This document shows positions 20,571-32,340 of a stretch of 64,000 nt of DNA, one piece after another (positions within the stretch are counted from its first letter, which is position 1; each line of letters begins with the position of its first letter). The notes under the pieces were generated by a model. That model worked only from the letters and a program-made list of their open reading frames with translations. It searched no databases and was not told the DNA's origin. The translations under genes were made by a program, and so were the position numbers. Origin of the DNA: an uncultured Candidatus Rokubacteria bacterium (GTDB lineage Bacteria > Methylomirabilota > Methylomirabilia > Rokubacteriales > DASRDR01); NCBI GenBank assembly GCA_963812945.1, contig CAWEXD010000008.1, positions 376,586 to 440,585 of the forward strand, in the 5' to 3' direction.

Positions 20571-21395
20571 TTGAGGGACGCGCGCGTCGCTGATCTCGCG
20601 CTCGGCTCGCTCCAGGAGCTGAACAGGCTGCCGTCGCCGCTCCGCGAAGGTCTCTACGGACGAATCATCCCTCCCGAGGTCTGCGCCCGCTACGGTGTCG
20701 ACCACACGACCGGGCTCAACGGGGCCGGTCATCGGCTCCTCCGGGTCTTCGCCCCGCCCGAGCAGAGCTGGGCGCGGATCGAGCTTCGCGCCTCTCGCGA
20801 CGACCGCGACCCGCTCGTGCTCGTCGACGTCGAGATGGGGCCCTTCGCGGTGCCCGAGCTGTCCTTCGTGCAGGTCACCGATCCCGGCGCGGAGCGCTTC
20901 GGGATCGACCGGGACGAGGAGGAGCAGGACACGCTCTTCGGAACGGTGACCCGCAACCTTCCCGAGGAACGCCGCGCGCTGGCGGCGGGACTCGCCCCCG
21001 GTCAGGTGCGGCGTGGGTTGCGCCTCCTCGGCCGGGTCCTGGACTCCGTGGAGGACTTCTGCCGGCTGCTCGGGAAGGAGCTGTTCCTGGTGGAGCCCCT
21101 CTTCTACCACTCGGCCCTCTTGTACGAGCGGCACGGCTGTGACTACCTGCTCGGCCGCGAGCTGATGACGACGATCGACGGGGAGTTCCATCCGGGCGGC
21201 CGGCTGCATCGGGCGCTGGACGGCGGCACCGCGTTCCGGGAGCCCGGGTTCGACCGCACGATCCGGGGCCGGAGCTGGGCCGTCCACGACGGCGTTCTCG
21301 GCGCGCTCGACGGCATGGTGTGGGGCGGGGTGAAGATGTACCGGCTCGTGGGGCGGCCCGCGAGCGTCTCGACGTTTCCCGCCGCACCGTACTGA
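20571..21395 (+). CDS. Hypothetical protein (no family recognised)
   Basis: 274-aa ORF with coding-like composition. The TTG start overlaps the stop of a small upstream ORF (TTGA). The start is uncertain. Confidence 0.5.
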   Translation: MRDARVADLALGSLQELNRLPSPLREGLYGRIIPPEVCARYGVDHTTGLNGAGHRLLRVFAPPEQSWARIELRASRDDRDPLVLVDVEMGPFAVPELSFVQVTDPGAERFGIDRDEEEQDTLFGTVTRNLPEERRALAAGLAPGQVRRGLRLLGRVLDSVEDFCRLLGKELFLVEPLFYHSALLYERHGCDYLLGRELMTTIDGEFHPGGRLHRALDGGTAFREPGFDRTIRGRSWAVHDGVLGALDGMVWGGVKMYRLVGRPASVSTFPAAPY

Positions 21396-21410
21396 GCTCG
21401 CGGCACCGAC

Positions 21411-21545
21411 GTGGCGAAGAAGAAGGCGCCGCGTCCCGCGCGGCCCCGGAAGCCGATGCCCCGAAAGCCACCGAAGGTCGAGGTTCCCCCGACCGTGTAC
21501 CGACGGCGCCCCAAGCACCGCGCCCCGTCCGACGACGGGGCCTGA
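21411..21545 (+). CDS. Candidate small basic protein (44 aa)
   Basis: GTG...TGA ORF encoding VAKKKAPRPARPRKPMPRKPPKVEVPPTVYRRRPKHRAPSDDGA. About 39 of 44 codons end in G or C, like real genes here. It is below the ORF-track size cut-off and sits just upstream of thiI. Confidence 0.3.
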   Translation: MAKKKAPRPARPRKPMPRKPPKVEVPPTVYRRRPKHRAPSDDGA

Positions 21546-21564
21546 GGCCGTGGGCGGGCGGCCG

Positions 21565-22764
21565 ATGTCCTCGTGCGTGGTCGTCCACTACCACGAGATC
21601 AGCCTCAAGGGAGGCAACCGCCCGATGTTCCTCCGGCGCCTGGGGCGAAATCTCCTCCAGGCGACGGCGGGGTGCGGCGTGCGGGGGATCCGGCGGCTCC
21701 CGGGCCGCCTCGTCCTGGACCTCGAGCCGGGCGCGGATCTCGAGGTGATCCGCGAGCGGGTCGCCACCGTGTTCGGCATCGCGTACTTCGCGCCGGCGCT
21801 GTCACTGCCGCCGGACTGGCCGGCGGTGCAGGCAGCTGTCCTGCAGGTCCTCGAGGGGCGGAGCTTCGAGTCGTTCCGGATCACGGCGCGCCGGACGTTC
21901 AAGGTCTTCCCGATGCCGTCGGACCAGGTGAACCGGGAGCTGGGCGCCCTCGTCCTCCGCCACTTCCCGACGCGCGTGAACCTGACCGAGCCTGCCCTCA
22001 CCGTGCGGGTCGAGCTTCTCCCCGGCGAGGCGTTCGTGTTCGTCGACCGCGTGGCGGGACCCGGCGGGCTGCCGGTGGGCGTGTCCGGTCGCGTGGCCGC
22101 GCTCCTCTCGGGCGGGATCGACTCGCCGGTGGCGGCGTGCCGCCTCCAGAAGCGGGGCTGCGAGGTCGAGTTCGTCCATTTCCACTCGGTCCCGTACCTG
22201 GCGGACACGTCGCAGCGAAAGGCGCGGGCCCTCGTCGAGCGCCTCGTGCGCCATCAGTTCTCGGCCCGGCTCTGGCTCGTGCCCTTCGGGGAGATCCAGC
22301 GCGAGGTGGTGCTGGCGGTGCCGGGCCCGCTCCGCGTCGTCGTCTACCGTCGCCTGATGGCGCGGATCGCGGAGGCCATCGCCGCGCGGACCGGCGCCCT
22401 CGCCTTGGTCACCGGCGAGAGCCTCGGTCAGGTGGCGTCGCAGACCCTCGAGAACCTGGCGCGCACGACGGAGGTCGTCTCGATGCCGGTCCTGCGGCCG
22501 CTCGTCGGGAGCGACAAGGAGGAGATCATCCGCGAGGCCCGGGCGATCGGGACCTACGAGATCTCCATCGAGCCGGACCAGGACTGCTGCACTCTCTTCG
22601 TGCCGAAGCACCCCGACACGCGCGGGGACCCGGAGACCGTTCGAGCCGCCGAGGAACGGCTCGACGTGGCGCGCCTCGTGGAGGCCGGGGTGGCGGGCGC
22701 CGTCACGGAGACGTTCCGCTTCCCGCCGGCGGAGGCCGCGACGCCGGTCAGCGCCGGAGCGTGA
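21565..22764 (+). CDS. thiI: tRNA 4-thiouridine(8) synthase
   Basis: VVVHYHEISLKGGNRPMF at the N-terminus and the PP-loop LLSGGIDSPVAA. ATG 21565 is preferred; GTG 21550 is an alternative. Confidence 0.88.
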   Translation: MSSCVVVHYHEISLKGGNRPMFLRRLGRNLLQATAGCGVRGIRRLPGRLVLDLEPGADLEVIRERVATVFGIAYFAPALSLPPDWPAVQAAVLQVLEGRSFESFRITARRTFKVFPMPSDQVNRELGALVLRHFPTRVNLTEPALTVRVELLPGEAFVFVDRVAGPGGLPVGVSGRVAALLSGGIDSPVAACRLQKRGCEVEFVHFHSVPYLADTSQRKARALVERLVRHQFSARLWLVPFGEIQREVVLAVPGPLRVVVYRRLMARIAEAIAARTGALALVTGESLGQVASQTLENLARTTEVVSMPVLRPLVGSDKEEIIREARAIGTYEISIEPDQDCCTLFVPKHPDTRGDPETVRAAEERLDVARLVEAGVAGAVTETFRFPPAEAATPVSAGA

Positions 22765-23608
22765 GGCCCGCCACCGCGGACACGAGGAGCCCGGCGCCGA
22801 GCACGCCCGCCGTTCCCAGCCGATCGCCGAAGAAGAGAACCCCGAGGAGCGTCGCCGTCAGGGGCTCGACCAGCGTCAGCACGCCGGAGACAGTGATCGG
22901 CGTCGTCCGCAGCCCGATGACGTACAGGATGTACGCCGCGGCGGTCGGCACCACCCCGAGGTAGGCGAGGAGGACCCAGGCCCGCGCGTCAGCCGAGGGC
23001 CACTCCACGAGGAGCACGGGGAGGAGGGAGAGCGCCGAGACGGAGAAGGTGAGCGCGGCGACGGTCAGCGGCGGCACGCGCCCGAGGACGTCCTTCACCA
23101 TCACGGCGTACGTGGCGTACGAGATGCCGCCCCCCAGCGCCAGCCCGACGCCCGCCAGGAAGCCGGCGGGAAGCCGCCCGAATCCGTGGGGCCCGACCGT
23201 GAGGAGCGCGGCCCCCGTGATCCCCGCGAGCATGGCGCCCCACGTCCGCCCGTCGATGCGCTCGCCCAGGAACACGGCCGCCAGGATCACGATGAAGAGC
23301 GGCGCGCTGCAGATCGCGATCAGGGATCCGACCGCGACCGACGTCTTCGCCACGCCCCAGAAGTAGCAGGCCTGGAACGCTCCCATCGCGATCCCCGCGA
23401 CGAGGAGGCGGTCGCGATCCCCGCGCGCCGGCAGCCGGATCGGGCCGCCGAGCCACCGCGCGGCCAGACAGAGGCACGGCGCCGCGATGGCGACGCGGAT
23501 CAGGCCCACGAGCAGGGGAGACATCGGCGAGCCGGCGGCGACCAGCTTCATCGTCGCCCCGGTCGTGCCCCACGTCATGGCGGCGGCGACGATCAGGAGG
23601 AATCCCAT
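22748..23608 (-). CDS. DMT (EamA) family transporter
   Basis: 286 aa with about ten hydrophobic helices and a duplicated EamA-like pattern. Confidence 0.8.
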   Translation of the reverse strand: MGFLLIVAAAMTWGTTGATMKLVAAGSPMSPLLVGLIRVAIAAPCLCLAARWLGGPIRLPARGDRDRLLVAGIAMGAFQACYFWGVAKTSVAVGSLIAICSAPLFIVILAAVFLGERIDGRTWGAMLAGITGAALLTVGPHGFGRLPAGFLAGVGLALGGGISYATYAVMVKDVLGRVPPLTVAALTFSVSALSLLPVLLVEWPSADARAWVLLAYLGVVPTAAAYILYVIGLRTTPITVSGVLTLVEPLTATLLGVLFFGDRLGTAGVLGAGLLVSAVAGLTLRR

Positions 23609-23640
23609 CCCGCGCTATACTACGGCGCGGAGCGCCTCCG

Positions 23641-24210
23641 ATGCCCCCTGTGTCGAGAAAGCGCGGCGACGCGCGGCCCCTGGTCGGCGTGATCATGGGC
23701 TCCCGGTCCGACTGGGAGACGATGGCGCACGCCACCGCCACGCTCGAGGTGCTGGGCGTTCCCTACGAGGTACGCATCGTCTCGGCCCACCGGACGCCCG
23801 ATCTCCTCTTCGAGTACGCCGACTCGGCCGCCCGCCGCGGGCTCGAGGTGATCATCGCGGCCGCCGGCGGGGCGGCGCACCTGCCCGGGATGACCGCCGC
23901 GAAGACGCCCTTGCCCGTGCTCGGCGTGCCGGTCGAGTCGCGCACGCTCAGCGGGCTCGACTCTCTGCTCTCCATCGTCCAGATGCCGGCCGGCGTGCCG
24001 GTGGGGACGCTCGCCATCGGCCGGGCAGGGGCCGTCAACGCAGCGATCCTCGCGGCCTCGATCCTGGGAGCAAAGCACCCGCGCTTCCGCGAGGCGGTGG
24101 AGCGTTTCCGGGCCCGGCAGACGCAGGCGGTGCTCGACTCGCCCGATCCCCGCACCGCGCCGCCGTCCGCCGGCACGCCGCCGCGCCCCGTCGCCCCCCG
24201 GCGCCCGTGA
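23641..24210 (+). CDS. purE: 5-(carboxyamino)imidazole ribonucleotide mutase
   Basis: [14 protein letters not shown]...[10 protein letters not shown]...[11 protein letters not shown]...PVLGVPV. Confidence 0.93.
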   Translation: MPPVSRKRGDARPLVGVIMGSRSDWETMAHATATLEVLGVPYEVRIVSAHRTPDLLFEYADSAARRGLEVIIAAAGGAAHLPGMTAAKTPLPVLGVPVESRTLSGLDSLLSIVQMPAGVPVGTLAIGRAGAVNAAILAASILGAKHPRFREAVERFRARQTQAVLDSPDPRTAPPSAGTPPRPVAPRRP

Positions 24211-25316
24211 GGGTCGGCGTCCTCGGCGGGGGCCAGCTCGGCTGGATGCTGGCTCGAGCCGGCGATCCCATCGGGATCCGCTGCCGGTTCCTCGACCCGT
24301 CGCCCGAGGCGCCGGCCGGTCGCGCGGGCGAGCTGGTCGTGGGCGCGTACGACGATCCCGTGGCGCTCGGACGCTTCGCGCAGGGGCTCGCGCTCGCGAC
24401 GTACGAGTTCGAGAACGTCCCCGTCGGGACCGCCCGCGGGCTCGCCGAGCGTCTCACCGTGCTGCCTCCTCCTCGCGCGCTCGAGGTGGCCCAGGACCGG
24501 CTGACGGAGAAGCAGTTCTTCGAGTCGGTCGACATCCCCGTGCCGCCGTGGCGCCCCGCGGCGAGCCTCGTCGATCTCGACCGCGCCGTCGCCGAGCTCG
24601 GATGCCCGGCGGTGCTCAAGACGCGGCGCCTCGGCTACGACGGCAAAGGGCAGGAGGTGATCCGGGCGGCCGGCGAGGTCGAGCGCGCGTGGACTCGGCT
24701 CGGCGGCGTCCCGCTGGTGCTCGAGGCCTTCGTGCGCTTCGACCGCGAGCTCTCGGTCCTGGCCGTCCGGGGGCGGGACGGTGTCACGGCCTGCTACCCC
24801 CTCGTCGAGAATCTTCACGCCGGCGGCATCCTGCGGCGGAGCCTCGCCCCCGCGCCGGGCGTGTCCTCGATGCTCCAGGCCCAGGCGGAGTCGCATGCGC
24901 GACGGGTTCTGGACGCGCTCGGCTACGTCGGGGTTCTGGCCATCGAGTTGTTCCAGGTCGGCGATCGTCTCCTCGCCAACGAGATGGCGCCGCGCGTCCA
25001 CAACTCGGGGCACTGGACGATCGAGGGGGCGGAGACGAGCCAGTTCGAGAACCACCTGCGGGCGGTTGCGGGCCTCCCGCTCGGCCCCACGGCGCCGCGT
25101 GGCGTGAGCGCGATGCTGAACCTGATCGGCGCGGTCCCAGACACCGACGCGGTGCTCGCCGTTCCTGGCGCCCACATGCATCTCTACGGGAAAGCCCCGC
25201 GTCCCGGCCGAAAGCTCGGTCACGTGACGCTGCGAGCCGATGACACGGCGCGGCTCGACCGGCTTCGCGCCCGGCTGGAGCCCCTGATTCCGCCGGATTC
25301 GCCTGAGGGCGCCTGA
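24207..25316 (+). CDS. purK: 5-(carboxyamino)imidazole ribonucleotide synthase
   Basis: The GTG at 24207 overlaps the purE stop (GTGA). [14 protein letters not shown]...ATP-grasp region...[14 protein letters not shown]...GRKLGHVTL. Confidence 0.9.
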   Translation: MRVGVLGGGQLGWMLARAGDPIGIRCRFLDPSPEAPAGRAGELVVGAYDDPVALGRFAQGLALATYEFENVPVGTARGLAERLTVLPPPRALEVAQDRLTEKQFFESVDIPVPPWRPAASLVDLDRAVAELGCPAVLKTRRLGYDGKGQEVIRAAGEVERAWTRLGGVPLVLEAFVRFDRELSVLAVRGRDGVTACYPLVENLHAGGILRRSLAPAPGVSSMLQAQAESHARRVLDALGYVGVLAIELFQVGDRLLANEMAPRVHNSGHWTIEGAETSQFENHLRAVAGLPLGPTAPRGVSAMLNLIGAVPDTDAVLAVPGAHMHLYGKAPRPGRKLGHVTLRADDTARLDRLRARLEPLIPPDSPEGA

Positions 25317-25357
25317 CCGCCACGCCGACCGGCACCCCCCATCGACCCGGAGACGCC

Positions 25358-26161
25358 ATGGACCTCGCTGCCGACCGCCACCGCCGCGCCGCCGCGATCC
25401 TTCGCGACGCGCGGGTCGGGCGCACGCCGATCGCTCCTCTGTCCCCCGACGTGAGGCCGGGAGACGAGCTGGACGGATACGCGGTCCAGCAGGCGCTGCA
25501 CGACCTTCTCGAGGGCGCGGGGCTCGGGCCCGTGGTCGGCCACAAGATCGGCTGCACGACGCTCATCATGCAGGCCTTCCTCGGGATCGGGAGCCCGTGC
25601 GCCGGCGGGGTGCACGCGGCCACCGTTCACGAGGGCCGGGCCCACGTGCGTCACGGGGACTACGTCCGCGTCGGCGCCGAGTGCGAGATCGCCGTGCGCC
25701 TGGGGGCCGATCTCGAACCGTCGAGCGCGCCGTTCGACCGGGCGCGCGTCGCGCCCGCCGTGGAGGCGGTGCTCGCCGCGATGGAGATCGTCGACGACCG
25801 TTATCGCGACTACCGGACGCTCGGCGTGCCGACCCTGGTCGCCGACGACTTCTTCAACGCGGGCTGCGTTCTCGGGCCCCCGGTCACGAGGTGGCGGGAT
25901 CTCGACCTCGCCGCGCTCCGCGGGGTGACCCGGCTGAACGGCGCCGAGGTTGGACGGGGCGAGGGGCGGGCCGTCATGGGACACCCCTTCGAAGCCCTCG
26001 CCTGGCTCGCGAACCTCCGCGCCCGGCTCGGTCTCGGCCTCCGCGCCGGCGAGTTCGTTCTCCTCGGGAGCGTCGTGGAGACGCGCTGGGTCGGTGCCGG
26101 CGACGAGGTGGTGGTCGCGATCGAGGGCCTGGGCGAGGTCCGCGCGGCGTTCCTTCGCTGA
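25358..26161 (+). CDS. 2-keto-4-pentenoate hydratase family protein (FAH fold)
   Basis: 267 aa with YAVQQAL...VGHKIGCT and E.EIAVRLG patterns typical of MhpD-like hydratases. Confidence 0.75.
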   Translation: MDLAADRHRRAAAILRDARVGRTPIAPLSPDVRPGDELDGYAVQQALHDLLEGAGLGPVVGHKIGCTTLIMQAFLGIGSPCAGGVHAATVHEGRAHVRHGDYVRVGAECEIAVRLGADLEPSSAPFDRARVAPAVEAVLAAMEIVDDRYRDYRTLGVPTLVADDFFNAGCVLGPPVTRWRDLDLAALRGVTRLNGAEVGRGEGRAVMGHPFEALAWLANLRARLGLGLRAGEFVLLGSVVETRWVGAGDEVVVAIEGLGEVRAAFLR

Positions 26162-26210
26162 GGCCTTCGTGTTGAGCTATGCTTCGCCAACTCCCCTGGA
26201 GGGCGCCGGC

Positions 26211-27200
26211 ATGATGGCACCACGGCTCGCGTGCATCGTCACCCTGATCGTCGGCCTGCTCGGCGGGCCGCTCGAGACCGATGCGCAGGGGCCCTCGAAG
26301 ATCGTCCGGATCGGGTATCTCGACTCCGGAGCAGCAGCCTCTGGCAAGCCTCACTTGGAGGCGTTCCGCCGAGGGCTCGGCGAGCTCGGCTGGGTGGAGG
26401 GTCAGAACCTCGCGATCGAGGTCCGGTACGCGGGAGGCAGGTTCGAGCAGCTCCCCGCACTCGCCGCCGAGCTCGTGCGCCTGAAAGTCGACCTCATCTT
26501 CGCCTCGACCACTCCCGGGGCCCTCGCGGCCAAACGCGCCACCGCGACGATACCCATCGTCATCGGATGGGTGGCCGATCCGGTGAAGAGCGGCCTCGTC
26601 GCGAGCCTGGGACGCCCGGGGGGCAACGTCACGGGGTGGACGCACCAGGGCTTGGATCTTCGCGGGAAGTATGTCGATCTCCTCAAGGAGACCGTTCCAC
26701 GGGCCACTCAGATCGGCGCCCTCATGAATCCGGCGAACCCGGTCCACGTGGAGTCGCCGAGATACCTCGAAGCCGCGGCGCAGGCGCTCAGGGTGCAGCT
26801 TCACCCGCTGTGGGTGCGGGACCCCAAGGACTTCGAGAAGGCCTTCGCGCAGCTCGTCCGGGATGGCGTCCAGGCGCTCGCGGTGGTGCCGGACGGCATG
26901 TTCCTGGCCCACAAGGAGCTGATCATCGACCAGGCGGCGCGGAATCGGGTTCCGGCGCTTTACGGCATCGGGGAGTTCGCGGAAGCCGGTGGTCTGATGG
27001 CTTACGGGGCCGATCTGCCCGACATGTTTCGCCGCGGGGCGTCCTTCGTGGACAGGATCCTGAAGGGTGCCAAACCTGCCGACCTGCCCGTGGAGCAGCC
27101 CACGAAGTTCGACCTGGTGATCAATCTCCGGGCGGCGAAGATGCTCGGACTGACGATTCCACCCTCGGTGCTGGCACGCGCCGACAAGGTCATCGAGTAG
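26211..27200 (+). CDS. ABC transporter substrate-binding protein (COG2984 / ABC_sub_bind family)
   Basis: ATG 26211 follows a GGAGGG Shine-Dalgarno. Signal peptide MMAPRLACIVTLIVGLLGGPLETDA. RIGYLDSG...IPIVIGWVADPVKSGLVASLGRPGGNVTG...PTKFDLVINLRAAKMLGLTIP. No permease or ATPase gene is adjacent. Confidence 0.85.
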   Translation: MMAPRLACIVTLIVGLLGGPLETDAQGPSKIVRIGYLDSGAAASGKPHLEAFRRGLGELGWVEGQNLAIEVRYAGGRFEQLPALAAELVRLKVDLIFASTTPGALAAKRATATIPIVIGWVADPVKSGLVASLGRPGGNVTGWTHQGLDLRGKYVDLLKETVPRATQIGALMNPANPVHVESPRYLEAAAQALRVQLHPLWVRDPKDFEKAFAQLVRDGVQALAVVPDGMFLAHKELIIDQAARNRVPALYGIGEFAEAGGLMAYGADLPDMFRRGASFVDRILKGAKPADLPVEQPTKFDLVINLRAAKMLGLTIPPSVLARADKVIE

Positions 27201-27252
27201 GTCAGCTGGCCCAGCCCGGCGCCGGGACTCGTGCCGCTGGCGGTCCTTCGCG

Positions 27253-28935
<1,683 letters not shown>

Positions 28936-28956
28936 CGTCTGGTCCCTCCGCGATCA

Positions 28957-29481
28957 TCAGAAGAGCGCGGCCTGCCGGGGGCGGGCCGGACGCGCCGGCG
29001 CTCCGACGCCCCGGCGCTCGAGCTCGAGGAGCAGGGACTTGGCGGGAAGCCCGCCACCATAGCCGACCAGGCGTCCGTCGCTCCCGATTAACCGGTGGCA
29101 CGGGACGACGATCGCCAGGGGATTCCGGCCGTTGGCCGCCCCCACCGCCCGCACGGCCGCGGGCCGTCCGATCTCGCGGGCGAGCTCCCCGTAGGACACG
29201 GTCTGACCGTAGGGAATCTCGCGAAGCGCCTGCCAGACCCGCTGCTGGAACGGTGTGCCCGCGGGCGCGAGCGGGAGATCGAACTGCCGCAGGGTCCCCG
29301 CGAAGTACGCGTTGAGCTGTCGGGCCGCCTCCCTGAACGGCGCCGCGGTCTCGGCCCAGCCGGGGTCGGGCCGAAGGTTGGCATCGTGGCCGGACGGGAG
29401 CCAGATCGCCGTGAGCGCGTCCCTCGTCCCGACCAGCACGAGCGGCCCCAGAGGACTGGGCAATCGCGTGTACAGGCTCAT
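28957..29481 (-). CDS. ogt: Methylated-DNA-protein-cysteine methyltransferase
   Basis: Start at ATG 29481 with a GGAGGA Shine-Dalgarno. FQQRVWQALREIPYGQTVSYGELA...NPLAIVVPCHRLIGSDG (PCHR active site). Confidence 0.9.
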   Translation of the reverse strand: MSLYTRLPSPLGPLVLVGTRDALTAIWLPSGHDANLRPDPGWAETAAPFREAARQLNAYFAGTLRQFDLPLAPAGTPFQQRVWQALREIPYGQTVSYGELAREIGRPAAVRAVGAANGRNPLAIVVPCHRLIGSDGRLVGYGGGLPAKSLLLELERRGVGAPARPARPRQAALF

Positions 29482-29608
29482 CGAGGTTCCTCCACGGGAG
29501 GTTTCAGCCAGACCCTTCCCCGCGAGGGGCGGGCCGGCTCCTCTGAGAGGACCCCACAGCCCTCCCGATGTGAAACCTCGGACCGGTGCCCCGCGCCGCG
29601 ATACCGAG

Positions 29609-31075
29609 TCATCGCGCGCGCAGTCTCCCATCGGAGAGCGCCTGGCGGTAGAGGTCACGGTCGTCGACGACGCGGCGCGCCTTGAATTCCGACCGAGGGA
29701 GCGTGCCCTGCGGGACCAGCTCGACCACGGGGTGGATCCCGATGCGCACGCGGAGCCGCTCCCGCATCGTGGCCCGGAGGGCGTCTTGCCGATCGCCCGG
29801 CTCGTACTCCGCCGCGTACTCGGCCCGCACCAGGAGCTCGTCCATCGTCTCGCGGCGGGAGACGATGATCCGGAACTCGCCGCCGAACCCGGGGATGGCG
29901 CGCAGCACGTCCTCGATGGCGCTCGGGTAGACGTTCTCTCCCCGCACGACCAGCATGTCGTCGAAGCGGCCGTAGATCCCGTCGGGCAGCCGCGGATACG
30001 TGCGGCCGCAGGGGCAGGGCTCGTCGGTCCAGCGCGCGCGGTCGCCCGACACCAGGCGGATCATCGGCTGCGACGTCCGCTCGAGATGCGTGTAGACGGG
30101 CGTGCCCTCGCTCCCGTACGGCACCCGCCGGTGCGTCTCGGGATCGCAGACCTCCGTGTAGACGAGGTCCTGCCAGAGGTGCATGCCGGTCCGATGCCGG
30201 CATTCCCCGTTGGTCATCCAGGGGCTCATCTCCGCCATGCTGCCCGTGTCGACGCAGATGCCGCCGAAGGTGTCCTCGATGAGCTTCTTCGTCGAGGGGA
30301 TGCCTGCGCCGGGCTCGCCCGAGAAGAACAGGATCCGGAGGCCGAGACTCCGTGGATCGACGCCCTCCCGCCGCGCTGTCTCGGCGAAGTGGAGCGCGTA
30401 GGACGGCGTCCCGTAGAACGCCGTGGGCCGGATCTCCCGGGCCCACTGGACGGCGGCCAGCGTCTGGCCCTGCACCCCCGCCCCGAACGGGAACATGGTC
30501 GCGCCCAGGCGCTCGCCGCCCTTGAGAGCGCCCCACGAGCCCATGTAGAGGCTGAAGAAGGAGCAGATCAGGATCCGGTCGCCGGGGCGGAGGCCGAAGC
30601 CCCACATCGCTCTCGCGTGCCCCTCGCCGATGCGCTCCCAGTCGTCGGCGCCCACCCCGAACACCGTCGGGCGGCCCGTGGTGCCACTGGTCCCGTGGAT
30701 TCGGGCCACCGCCTCCGGAGGAATGCAGAGGTAGTCGCCGAACGGCGGGCGCTCGGCCTGTGCGGCCCGGAGCTCTTCCTTCGTCACGACGGGGAAGCGC
30801 CCCAGGTCCGCGAGGCTGCGGAGCGTGTCCGGGGAGACTCCCCCCGCCTCCCACTTCTGCCGGTAGAAGGGACTGCGCGTCCAGGCGTAGCGGATCTGCT
30901 CGCGGAGCTTCGCGAGGACGATCCCGTCGCGCGCCGCGGGGTCGGCGCACTCGATCTCGGGCAGCCAGTGCTCGGCATCGGCCCGCGGCCGGTACGCGGG
31001 ATCGTAGCGCGGCGGCCAGACTGTGAAGTCCACCCCGCGAGTGCGCCGGATCGCGTCGAGATCGAGGGGGGCCAT
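29609..31075 (-). CDS. PaaK-type (phenylacetate-CoA ligase family) acyl-CoA ligase
   Basis: 488 aa: RIHGTSGTTGRPTVF, YGTPSY and the C-terminal ACT-like tail typical of PaaK / F390 synthetase family enzymes. Confidence 0.85.
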   Translation of the reverse strand: MAPLDLDAIRRTRGVDFTVWPPRYDPAYRPRADAEHWLPEIECADPAARDGIVLAKLREQIRYAWTRSPFYRQKWEAGGVSPDTLRSLADLGRFPVVTKEELRAAQAERPPFGDYLCIPPEAVARIHGTSGTTGRPTVFGVGADDWERIGEGHARAMWGFGLRPGDRILICSFFSLYMGSWGALKGGERLGATMFPFGAGVQGQTLAAVQWAREIRPTAFYGTPSYALHFAETARREGVDPRSLGLRILFFSGEPGAGIPSTKKLIEDTFGGICVDTGSMAEMSPWMTNGECRHRTGMHLWQDLVYTEVCDPETHRRVPYGSEGTPVYTHLERTSQPMIRLVSGDRARWTDEPCPCGRTYPRLPDGIYGRFDDMLVVRGENVYPSAIEDVLRAIPGFGGEFRIIVSRRETMDELLVRAEYAAEYEPGDRQDALRATMRERLRVRIGIHPVVELVPQGTLPRSEFKARRVVDDRDLYRQALSDGRLRAR

Positions 31076-31108
31076 GGAGCGTCGGGCGGAGAGTGGCGTC
31101 CGCTGGAG

Positions 31109-31519
31109 TCAGCCGGCCCGCCGGGTCTCGACCAGCTCGCGGACCCGGGCCACGAGTGCCGCGGGCGGCGTTTCCTGGAGGAAGACCTCGGCCACACCGG
31201 AGTCGCGCAGGACCGGCACGTCCTCGTCCGGGATGACGCCGCCCGCGACCAGCAGCACGTCGGCGGCGTCGCTCGCCCGCAGGAGCTCGACGATCCGGGG
31301 GAGAAGCGTCATGTGCGCCCCCGAGAGGATGCTCACCCCGACCACGTCCACGTCCTCCTGGACGGCCGCCGCGACGATCTCCTCCGGAGTCCGGTGGAGC
31401 CCCGTGTAGATCACATCCATCCCGCCGTCGCGGAGCGCCCGGGCGACCACCTTGGCGCCCCGGTCGTGGCCGTCCAGGCCGGCCTTGGCGATCAGGATCC
31501 GGATGGGCTGGCTGATGAC
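31109..31519 (-). CDS. B12-binding small subunit of acyl-CoA mutase
   Basis: IRILIAKAGLDGHDRGAKVVARALRDGGMDVIYTG...VDVVGVSILSGAH (DxHxxG cobalamin motif). The 5' boundary is uncertain because no ATG, GTG or TTG lies between the SDR stop and the conserved core. Confidence 0.8.
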   Translation of the reverse strand, partial: VISQPIRILIAKAGLDGHDRGAKVVARALRDGGMDVIYTGLHRTPEEIVAAAVQEDVDVVGVSILSGAHMTLLPRIVELLRASDAADVLLVAGGVIPDEDVPVLRDSGVAEVFLQETPPAALVARVRELVETRRAG

Positions 31520-31548
31520 CGTGTCTCCGTGCGTCTCGTGGTGTCGCC

Positions 31549-32292
31549 TTAGCGACCCCCGCTCACGTCGTAGGTGAACCCCGTGACGTAGCTCGCCTCC
31601 GGCGAGCACAGCCACAGCACCATCGCGGCGACCTCGTCCGGCCGGCCGATGCGTCCCATCGGCACCACCCGGCGCGCCAGCTCGTCGACCCCTTCCTGCC
31701 CGAGCGTGCTCTCGAAGATCTCGGTGAGGGTGAGACCCGGCCGCACCGCGCAGACACGGACGCCCTGTCCCGCCACCTCGTTCGAGAGCCCGCGTGTGAA
31801 GGCGTCTACCGCGCCCTTGGAGGCCGTGTACACCGCGTCCTTCGGCAGGCCCCCGGTCCGCGCCGCCACCGAGCTCACGTTGACGATGGTCCCCCCGCGC
31901 CCACCGTGGTCCTGGCTCATGCGTCGCACGGCTTCCCGGCAGCAGAGGATCAGCCCGATGACGTTGATCCCGAAGACCCGCTCGATGCCGGCCCGCTCGA
32001 CGTCTGCCACCAGGCACTCGTAGTCGACGCCCGCGTTGTTGACGAGCGCGTCGATCGGGCCGAGCTCCTGATCGACGGCGCGGAACATCGCCACGATGTC
32101 GTCCTCCCGGCTCACGTCGGCCTGGACGATGAGGGCCCGCCGCCCCTCGGCCCGGACGGCCGCCGCCACCTCGTCCGCGCGCGAGCGCGCGCGGACGTAG
32201 TTGACGCACACATCGTAACCCTTCCTCGCCGCCATCCTGGCGATCGCCGCCCCGATTCCGCGGCTTCCCCCCGTCACCAGAAGCACGCCCAT
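31549..32292 (-). CDS. SDR family oxidoreductase
   Basis: 247 aa: VLLVTGGSRGIGAAIA, NNAG and YTASKGA (YxxxK). Confidence 0.85.
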   Translation of the reverse strand: MGVLLVTGGSRGIGAAIARMAARKGYDVCVNYVRARSRADEVAAAVRAEGRRALIVQADVSREDDIVAMFRAVDQELGPIDALVNNAGVDYECLVADVERAGIERVFGINVIGLILCCREAVRRMSQDHGGRGGTIVNVSSVAARTGGLPKDAVYTASKGAVDAFTRGLSNEVAGQGVRVCAVRPGLTLTEIFESTLGQEGVDELARRVVPMGRIGRPDEVAAMVLWLCSPEASYVTGFTYDVSGGR

Positions 32293-32340
32293 TCGTCCTG
32301 ACCCTCCCGCCTCGCGAGGCGCGCCGGGCGCCCCGGATGC

